DNA from: a virus
Lineage: Duplodnaviria > Caudoviricetes
Virus record (IMG/VR): IMGVR_UViG_3300017651_000001
Coordinates: 3,937 to 67,936 of that record
Length of the DNA: 64,000 nucleotides
Direction: 5' to 3' (one strand)
In this document: piece by piece, positions 56,901 to 64,000 of the stretch
Layout of the letters: the number at the start of each line of letters is the position of its first letter
Position numbering within the stretch: position 1 is the first letter of the stretch
Program-made: the position numbers and the translations under genes
The notes under the pieces: generated by a model
The model's input: the letters and a program-made list of their open reading frames with translations, nothing else
The model's database searches: none
What the model was told of the DNA's origin: nothing

Positions 56901-58603
56901 TGGCGATGCTGAACTACGCGGCAGGGTGGGCGGCGGCATGACAAATCGCAAACTCGCGCTGCCGGTGAGCATCGGCTGGGCGCTTATCACCGTCGCCGGT
57001 CTCGGCTGGTGGCTCTACTGCATGGCTGGATGAAGGAGGAGAGAGATGACCCATTCAGAATGGCGTGACGCCTACGAGGCGGCGCGAGCGAGGCTTGAGC
57101 CCTGGCTGAGCCGCGACGACGACGGGCAGGTGTGGATCGACATCAACGCGCCCGGCCCGCTGGTGAAGATCTACGTTCAGTTGCAGGAGTTCGGCCTGGA
57201 GCGGGAGTGGCTGCGGCTGGGCGACGAGGCGGGGGAGGCGGCATGACCCTCAGAATCGGAGACCGCGTGACGTTCACACCTGCGGCGCGTGACCTGTTCC
57301 CCGAGGCGCGCGGGCATGGCGTGCTCACCGTCGAGGCCGTGTGGCTCTACGGGAATGTCGGCCTGTCGAACGGGCGGCTCTGGAATCGGGCGTGGCTGGA
57401 GAAGGTGGAATGACGGGCTACCTCTGGCTGGCCGCACTCATCGGCGGCGGGATCGGCCTGGCTCCAATCGTTGTGGGAGAGCTCGGACTCCTCATCCACA
57501 AAATCCGCAACAACAGGAAGGGACAAGAACAATGGGAGACATCGGAAAGCCGTTGAAGCACATCGAGCTGGAGCCGCTGGAGGTTCCGCACGAGGCGCCG
57601 GTGCCGGCGGAGCAGCCGTCGGTGCCGGCGGAGGAGCCGGTGCCGGCATGAATCCGCAATACTGGCACTACGACCCGCCCTACGGCTACGACTATGCGGC
57701 TCAGGTCGCACGACTCAAGGCTGCTGCGGCACAGGTCAAGTCCGCGCCTGCAAAGCCCAAGGTGGATCAGTTCGCCGGCGTGACCGCGGAGTTCGCGGCG
57801 GGTGTTGTGACGGGTACGCGCTCGTTCAGTGTGGACAGGCTGGGCCGCCTCACGGGTGTCACCTACAAGAAGGTCTGGCGCCCCGGCGAGAACGTCGCGA
57901 AGTGCTACCGGAGTGAGGACCACTACCACGCCTTGCTCGGCGGCATCACGATTCGGACCAGCGGGATTGAGCGCACCGACGAGCACGCGATGACCGAGTG
58001 CGACCACGGCTTCTACGCCTACTACGAGGGGTCGAACGACTTCTACGAGGAGGGTCGCATCATGGGCGTCATCGAGGGCTACGGCGAGACGCTGATCGGC
58101 ACGCGGGGCTTCCGGGCCTCGAAGGCGCGGATCGTGGCGCTGCACATCCCGGAGGGCGTGGAGGTTGCCAAGCGCCGCCTCGTCTTGCGGAACTACCCAG
58201 ACATCCCACAGTTCGACTCGTTCGAGGCGATGGTCGAGGCGTTCCCGCCCGATGACGCCGGTCAGGGGATCAACCCGGCGAACGACCCTGACTTCTGGGA
58301 GCGGGAGGCGTGACTGTCATGACCCTCCCCGCCCCGACGTGCATTGAGGAGCGCATCTGGGATGCGCTGAACCTGCACCCCGGCCTGACCGGCCAGCAGC
58401 GCCTCGCGATCTACACGGCGATCACGGCGAAGAGCGCCGATATCGCAGGCTGCGCCTGGGTGTCGGTGTGGACGGCGCGACTCAAGACTGGCAACACGCT
58501 GCGTCATGCGGTGGTGCGCCACAATCCGGGCGTCATGCCCATGACCATGCCGTCGGACGTTCACATCTTGACGGCGCTTGAGAAGGAAGGTACAGAGCAA
58601 TGA
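50925..58603 (+). CDS. Early region of more than 20 small hypothetical ORFs
   Basis: Coupled ORFs; several preceded by a CACTAGGGA(A/G)G-type RBS motif. Confidence 0.6.
52483..52800. other. AT-rich non-coding region with nested inverted and direct repeats (putative replication origin)
   Basis: AGTGTAAACCnnTGTTACAA IR (52483-52502 / 52661-52680), TACCCTAG IR, CTAGACTTTCCG x2, ACAGTCCGAC x2. Confidence 0.55.
52806..53009 (+). CDS. Small HTH DNA-binding protein
   Basis: ALAKLARAAGVSRVTAYRWL. Confidence 0.8.
   Translation: MPNLDRIALETLTRLAAERAELEARLRANLDATRAEVRTGSRAGVALAKLARAAGVSRVTAYRWLAD
53283..53312 (+). promoter_or_regulatory. SigA-like promoter TTGACA-N18-TAATCT with an operator variant CAGTCCACTA
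   Basis: Perfect -35 box. Confidence 0.75.
53533..53591 (+). ncRNA. Type II hammerhead ribozyme
   Basis: GTC-GAA-ACGCC(GCGA)GGCGT-C-GCTAGG(loop)CCTGGC-CTGATGA-GAC: all core nucleotides and three stems present. Confidence 0.85.
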
Positions 58604-59562
58604 GCATCACCGTACGGACACAGGCAGAGCTGGACAAGGCACTCGCCGACAAAGAACCCGCCATCTACATCGAGTCACCCGCGGGTGTGTGGCTGCGGGT
58701 GACCGACACGGGCTCGTCCCACGTCGTGGCTCGGGGCTCGTCCCACGTCGCGGCCTGGGACTCGGCCCGCGTCGTGGCTTCAGGCTCGGCCCACGTCGTG
58801 GCTTCGGAATCGTCCCACGTCGCGGCTCGGGGCTCGTCCCACGTAGAGGCTACGGACTCGTCCCACGTCGAGGCTTGGGGCTCGTCCCACGTCGTGGCTT
58901 GGGACTCGTCCTACGTCGTGGCTTGGGGCTCGGCCCGCGTCGTGGCTTCGGGCTCGTCCTACGTCGAGGCTCGGGGCTCGGCCCGCGTCGTGGCTTCGGA
59001 CTCGGCCCACGTTGTGGCTTGGGACTCGTCCTACGTCGTGGCTTCGGACTCGGCCCACGTTGTGGCTTGGGACTCGTCCTACGTCGAGGCGACCCGCTTT
59101 GTATCCGTTCACCTGCACTCCAAGCGCGTCACGCTCACCGCTTCGGTGGCGGAGCACGTCATCGACGTAACCGACATCAACCTCGAAACCTTGCCCGACT
59201 TCCTCGCCTACCACGGTGTGAAGGTGACGGTCCGCGGGGACGCGGTCCTGTACAAGGCCGTGGACCAGAACCTGCAGGCCGGGCACGGGTACACGCTCAC
59301 TGAGTACCCGATCGGGGGGACGGTGACCGCCCCGGATTGGGAGGCGACGCAGGCGTGCGGGGCCGGGTTGCATTTCGGGTACACGCCGGTCGTGGCGCGC
59401 GGGTACTTCAACGGTGAAGGGGAGCCGAGGTTCTTGGAGGTGCATGTTCCCCTGGAGGGGCTGGTCCCGCTCGGGGATAAGGCGAAGGCGGAGTCGTGCC
59501 TGGTGGTGCGTGAGGTGGACCTGTACGGGCGCCCAGTCGCTGCCGAGGAGGTGGCGTCATGA
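58600..59562 (+). CDS. Octapeptide-repeat (beta-solenoid) protein with a C-terminal YKAV...CGAGLHF domain
   Basis: 16 x S[SA][HRY]V[VAE]A[RWST][GDER]. Confidence 0.8.
   Translation: MSITVRTQAELDKALADKEPAIYIESPAGVWLRVTDTGSSHVVARGSSHVAAWDSARVVASGSAHVVASESSHVAARGSSHVEATDSSHVEAWGSSHVVAWDSSYVVAWGSARVVASGSSYVEARGSARVVASDSAHVVAWDSSYVVASDSAHVVAWDSSYVEATRFVSVHLHSKRVTLTASVAEHVIDVTDINLETLPDFLAYHGVKVTVRGDAVLYKAVDQNLQAGHGYTLTEYPIGGTVTAPDWEATQACGAGLHFGYTPVVARGYFNGEGEPRFLEVHVPLEGLVPLGDKAKAESCLVVREVDLYGRPVAAEEVAS
58714..59097 (+). repeat. 24-bp coding tandem repeat, 16 units
   Basis: Consensus TCGTCCCACGTCGTGGCTTGGGAC. Confidence 0.9.
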
Positions 59563-59927
59563 CCACGATCCACACCGCCTGGCCGGATGCGCGGCCGGAG
59601 ACCCTGGACGATATGGGTTACCGCGATGAGCAGTGCTCGAACCCCGAATGCGGGTACGTCGGGGACATGGAGATCATCGGCTATCCGTCGCGCGACGAGT
59701 TCGAGCTGGAGTGCCCCGAGTGCGGACTCCCGACGTATTCGAGGGTGGGATGAGATGGCAACCATCGATCATGAATGCGGCTGCGTGATTCACGAGGAGA
59801 TCCACTACGAACTGCCAGACCAGCCGACCGAGTATGTGGTGCTTTTTGCGTGTGACCGCCACGAGTACACGCCCCAGGGCCTCCAGGTCGAGCGTCAACA
59901 GTCCACCATTCACACGAAGGAGCAAGC

Positions 59928-60557
59928 ATGAGCAATCTCACCCCCGAGCAGCAGAAGGCGCTGGACGAGCTGGCGTCGCTGGATCAGAAGTACCGGCAGG
60001 GCAAGGTGGAGGCGCACGCCCGGCATCGCCGCTTGGCCGATGAGGAGATCCACGACCTGAAGCTGGCGCGCGACATCGCGGCGGCGCGGGCGGGCGCGCT
60101 GGGCGTGCCGAAAATCCGCATCGCGCAGGACGGCCTGCACACGACGCATGTCCAGGCGGCCCGGAAGGCGATCGCGAGCGGCGAGGCGGTGCTGGCGCCG
60201 GCGGTCAGCCTGAGTGACATCGAGGCAGTTGGGGCACTCGGCAAGCGCTTGGGCATCAAGCCCAGCGAGGAGTTCGCCGAGACGGTCGCCCAGTTCACCG
60301 CCGACCCGAACCTGCTTCTCTCGTCGCCCGGCGTCGTGTCCGTGACGCTCCGCGAGGCCGACTTCCGCGCCTTCGGCATCGAGGAGGAGGGCACGGCCGA
60401 GTGGCTGTTCACCGTCTCCGAGGACGGCGTGGTGCAGCCGGTGGACGGCGAGAAGGATGAGACCTGGACGCACCCGGTCGTGCAGGTTGTGATGGGGCAG
60501 GATGACTCCTGGCGGCGGCGGATTGTAGGGTTCGCTCGGAAGGAAGGTGAGGAGTGA
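59928..60557 (+). CDS. Hypothetical protein
   Basis: ORF with SD GAAGGAG. Confidence 0.65.
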   Translation: MSNLTPEQQKALDELASLDQKYRQGKVEAHARHRRLADEEIHDLKLARDIAAARAGALGVPKIRIAQDGLHTTHVQAARKAIASGEAVLAPAVSLSDIEAVGALGKRLGIKPSEEFAETVAQFTADPNLLLSSPGVVSVTLREADFRAFGIEEEGTAEWLFTVSEDGVVQPVDGEKDETWTHPVVQVVMGQDDSWRRRIVGFARKEGEE

Positions 60558-60735
60558 TGGGACAGCCGTACAAGGTGCGCCACACGATGCAGTACACGGA
60601 AGTCGTCTACTACGACGGGAGCGGCAACGAACTTGAGCGCGACCGCATCTACGACGACCACACCTACGACACTGGCGAGCGCGAACCGCTGGACGACCAC
60701 GACCGAGACATTCTCGGCATCGAGGATGAGGGGGC

Positions 60736-62343
60736 TTGATGACGGCGGTTGATCGCCTCACACCCCGCCCGGACCAGGAGGAGTCCATTGTCCGCATCCT
60801 GGCGGAGCCGACAAAGGCGGCCCTGATCGCGGATGAGACGGGCTTCGGCAAGACTCTGATCGCGTCCGAGGTCGTGGTGCGGGCGGGCTGGCAGCGCGTG
60901 CTGTTCATCGGAATCGGTGCGACGTTCCAGCAGTGGAAGGATCGGCTCGAGGCTCAGTCGGACGGGCGCATCCAGCTCCGCCGCCTGGATTCGTCGAAGC
61001 CGGGCCGTGAAGCGTTCGACGCCTTCCTCGCCGGGGCACCGGGGCACTACTTCGCGACGATCCAGTGGCTTACCCAGCAGGACGTGGTATACCGCGACAA
61101 GGTGGACCTGCGCGGCAAGCCGGTCTGGAAGGTGAAGAAGTCCACGGGCGAGATCATCCTGAAGGACCGCAAGGAAGGCTCGATCGGCCCCGCGCAGGAG
61201 CCGGTGCGGGAGCGGCAGCGCGTCCGACTGGACACGTTCAAGAAGATGAGCGCCCGCAAATCCGGCCCGGTGGATGCGATCATCTTCGACGAGTCACATG
61301 CGATCGCGAACCGTGACAGTCAGGGCCGAAAGACGTTGGTGAGCATCGCGACGGAGTGGAAGATCGCGATGAGCGCGACGTGGGCGGGCAACTCGTTCGA
61401 GTTCGCCTGGAGCACTACGAAATGGCTGTGGCCGGACCTCATCCCGGCGTACTGGACGTGGCATGAGCAGTGGTGCCACATGCGGCCGAAACTCGACGAG
61501 GACGGCAAGCCCGTCCGCCGCAAGGGTGGCATGGTTGTGCAGGAACTCGTCGGCGAGAAGGAGCCCGAGGGGACGTTCGTGCGGTCCCTGCCGCTGTACC
61601 TGCGCCGCGAGCGGCCCGAGAAGGCGCCGGAGCCGATTGTGGTGGTTGTGGATGCGACGCCGGAGCAACGGGCGCAGTACGAAGATCTCAAGGAGGATCT
61701 GCTCACTTGGGCGATGAACTTCGAGGGCGACCATGAGCCGCTGGTTGTGGACATTCCGGCGGTGCTGCGGATGCGCCTGCGGCAGGTGGCGCTGGCGGAG
61801 TTGTCGCTCGGCGCGGATGGCGATGTCGTCTTCGCCCCGACTGCGGCATCGGCGAAACTGCGAGCGCTGAAAGGCGTCATCGACTACTGGGGCGATCAGC
61901 CGGTGGTGCTGATGACGGACTCCGAGAAGTTCGCACGCCTGACGGCTGAGCGTATGACGGCCGCGGGGTATAAGGCGGAGGCGTGGACGGGGAAGACGAG
62001 CGAGAAGGAGCGGGCTCGAATCAAGGCTTCGTTCCTTGCCGGCGAGTTCAAGTACCTCGTAATGACAGTCCAGTCGGGCGGGACCGGCGTCGACGGCCTT
62101 CAGACGGTGTGCTCGAAGATCATCTGGCTGTCGGTACCGGATGGTGACCCGAAGCTGGAGGAGCAGGCGCTCGGCCGGGTGTTCCGGCCCGGCATGACGG
62201 AGAAGTACGGCCCGTTCGAGCAGGTGCGGCTGCTCATGCGGGACAGCGTGGACGTTGACGTGCTCGAGAACCTGATCTCGAAGGGCCGCGCCATCCGCGG
62301 CTCGATCGGCGCCGCCGCACTGGCGCAGGGTAGTGGACTATAG
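60736..62343 (+). CDS. SNF2-like superfamily 2 helicase
   Basis: ADETGFGKT, DESH, SATW, GTGVDGLQ, QALGRVFRPG. Confidence 0.9.
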   Translation: MMTAVDRLTPRPDQEESIVRILAEPTKAALIADETGFGKTLIASEVVVRAGWQRVLFIGIGATFQQWKDRLEAQSDGRIQLRRLDSSKPGREAFDAFLAGAPGHYFATIQWLTQQDVVYRDKVDLRGKPVWKVKKSTGEIILKDRKEGSIGPAQEPVRERQRVRLDTFKKMSARKSGPVDAIIFDESHAIANRDSQGRKTLVSIATEWKIAMSATWAGNSFEFAWSTTKWLWPDLIPAYWTWHEQWCHMRPKLDEDGKPVRRKGGMVVQELVGEKEPEGTFVRSLPLYLRRERPEKAPEPIVVVVDATPEQRAQYEDLKEDLLTWAMNFEGDHEPLVVDIPAVLRMRLRQVALAELSLGADGDVVFAPTAASAKLRALKGVIDYWGDQPVVLMTDSEKFARLTAERMTAAGYKAEAWTGKTSEKERARIKASFLAGEFKYLVMTVQSGGTGVDGLQTVCSKIIWLSVPDGDPKLEEQALGRVFRPGMTEKYGPFEQVRLLMRDSVDVDVLENLISKGRAIRGSIGAAALAQGSGL

Positions 62344-62550
62344 GATGCCTGGACGGAAGGGGAACGAGATGGATTGGACATGGGAGTTCGGGGTTCGGTT
62401 CGCTGAGGACTCATGGGTGACGCCGGTCATGGGTGGCGCCGAGCGTGCGGTGCGGATGGCGGATGCCGAGCAGGGTGACCGGGTGTACCGTCGGCGCCGG
62501 TGTGGCTGGCTCCGGGGTCCGTGGTCCCCGCTTGGCGAGGCGGGTGCGGC

Positions 62551-63003
62551 ATGAACCGCTGCGGGGCGACCTCACTGGCGTTGTCGGCGGCTGTGCTGGC
62601 GGGGCTGGCGGCGGGGTGGATCTCGTCGCACGCTGCGCCTGTGGCGCCTGAGGAGCCCGCCCGGTTCGCGGTGTCGGGCACGATCCGCTGGGTGGACAGC
62701 GAGACATGGATCGCGCTGAACGATGCGGGGCATCGCCCGTCGGGCATCGCGTCGGTCGAGCCGCTGGCGGATCGGGTGCGGGTGACGTATTCGGAGTGCG
62801 CGGAGAAGGTGGGGCATCTTCAGGCGACGCCGGATGAGCAGTTCGCCGCGGCGGGTGTGCGCGTGGGGGCGTCAGTGGGGCTCTGCTATGCGGACGTGTT
62901 CTTCTACATGGGCGCGAGTGATGTGCCGGTGAATCCGGGACTGCTGTCGCGGCAGGGTGCGAACGTGTGGCTGTCCGGCGAGTTCGACCGGGTGGCGCAA
63001 TAG
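62551..63003 (+). CDS. Exported protein homologous to the C-terminal domain of fibre 21996-23072
   Basis: Signal-peptide-like N-terminus; shared AL.D.GH.P.GI, KV..L....DE..A..G...GASVGL and AN.W..G. Confidence 0.75.
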   Translation: MNRCGATSLALSAAVLAGLAAGWISSHAAPVAPEEPARFAVSGTIRWVDSETWIALNDAGHRPSGIASVEPLADRVRVTYSECAEKVGHLQATPDEQFAAAGVRVGASVGLCYADVFFYMGASDVPVNPGLLSRQGANVWLSGEFDRVAQ

Positions 63004-64000
63004 TCCACTAATGAGTAGGATGCCCAGTAGAAATCCTGCTGGGCGGAAGGGAGGGTGTGAGCGATGACCACCGACAAGACCGAACTCCTCGGCCAAATCG
63101 TCGAGGTGCGGAACCCAAACATTGACGACTGGGTATGGCGTGGCCGGGCGATTGCGATCGCACGGGAGCCGTCCATCATCATCGAGGATAAGACCGGGGC
63201 GCGCCACACGCTTCCGCTGGAGTGGGCGCGGCCGGCGGAGGAGATCCAATGACCCAGCCCGAACCGCAGTCGTCCCGCAAAACCCGCATCCCGATGTTGA
63301 GGTCGGGGCATTGCGAGCATCCGTCGACGCCTGAGCATCCGGGGTGCAGGCTCGCGAGCTGCGCGTGTGGGTGTCATTGCGGCGCCGAATCGACCGAACA
63401 GGAGAAGCCATGACCGACGAGCGAGTCGTGTACGCGGTCAGCAAGGGGTCGTACTCCGACGACGAGCGCGATCTCGCGCAGGCGCTGTTTCGGACGCTGT
63501 ACGACGCCGGGGTGTCGTTTCAGTCCGGTGATCTGATCCCGCGACTCACCGCGACGGTCCGCGCTGCTGGTTTCCGCCGACAGGGGCCGATCACCGACGA
63601 GTGGGAGTACGCGGTCGCTGAAGTGCTGAGTGGCGAGTTGTACGTCTACGACATGAAGGAGTGCTTTACGGAGGCGGAGGCGCGAGCGCAGCGCGTTGAG
63701 GACGACGACATCATTGTGCGCCGTCGTAAGGCCGGCCCGTGGGAGCCCGTTCCGTCTACCACCGAACAGGAGGGCGACCGTGGCTGAGGTAGTGACGATC
63801 TACACCGTGAGGCGCGACCCCTACACGGCGGCGGCGAAGAACTCTGCCGGTTACGGCTCGCCGGAGTTCGAGTACGCCGCAGAGAGTGCAGGTGAGGCGC
63901 AGCGGAAGGCGATCGACGACTGCACGTGGCGGGACCCAAAACGCCACTTCCGATTCAACGTCATCGGCTCGCGGGTGGTCGTTGTCGGGACCGAACCGAC

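Larger units (their letters stand above)
3154..63010. promoter_or_regulatory. Dispersed operator-like motif TAGT(GG/CC)ACTA
   Basis: Exact copies start at 3154, 7609, 10796, 18532, 20345, 27065, 32747, 35696, 36361, 42091, 47534, 49097, 62331, 63001. Confidence 0.85.

Noticed and set aside
58714-59097. CRISPR array or DGR variable region
   Set aside because: Contiguous in-frame coding repeats without spacers; no cas or reverse transcriptase gene in the window

Overview
The whole window is one high-GC, siphovirus-like actinobacteriophage (Microbacteriaceae-type host inferred), seen in its unintegrated form. A rightward early/replication arm (50925-64000, continuing at 1-7162) carries many small ORFs, an SNF2-like helicase, tRNA-Asp, a primase-helicase, DNA methyltransferases and a RuvC-like resolvase. 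It converges at about 7250 with a leftward arm (about 50610 to 7352) of small ORFs, a DGQHR protein, terminase, portal, capsid, head-tail, tail and lysis genes. An xis-int-attP (tRNA-Ala CGC) cassette and several accessory fibre or enzyme genes sit inside the head-tail gene block. Main observations: (1) a promoter-to-terminator small RNA whose loops are complementary to a conserved RBS motif of several early genes; (2) a type II hammerhead ribozyme in that same early region; (3) an exported early protein homologous to the C-terminal domain of one of the phage's own virion fibres; (4) a C5-methyltransferase split into one catalytic part and two alternative C-terminal parts; (5) at least 14 exact copies of the operator-like motif TAGT(GG/CC)ACTA at gene junctions and promoters. 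All calls were made by eye; no database searches were run.
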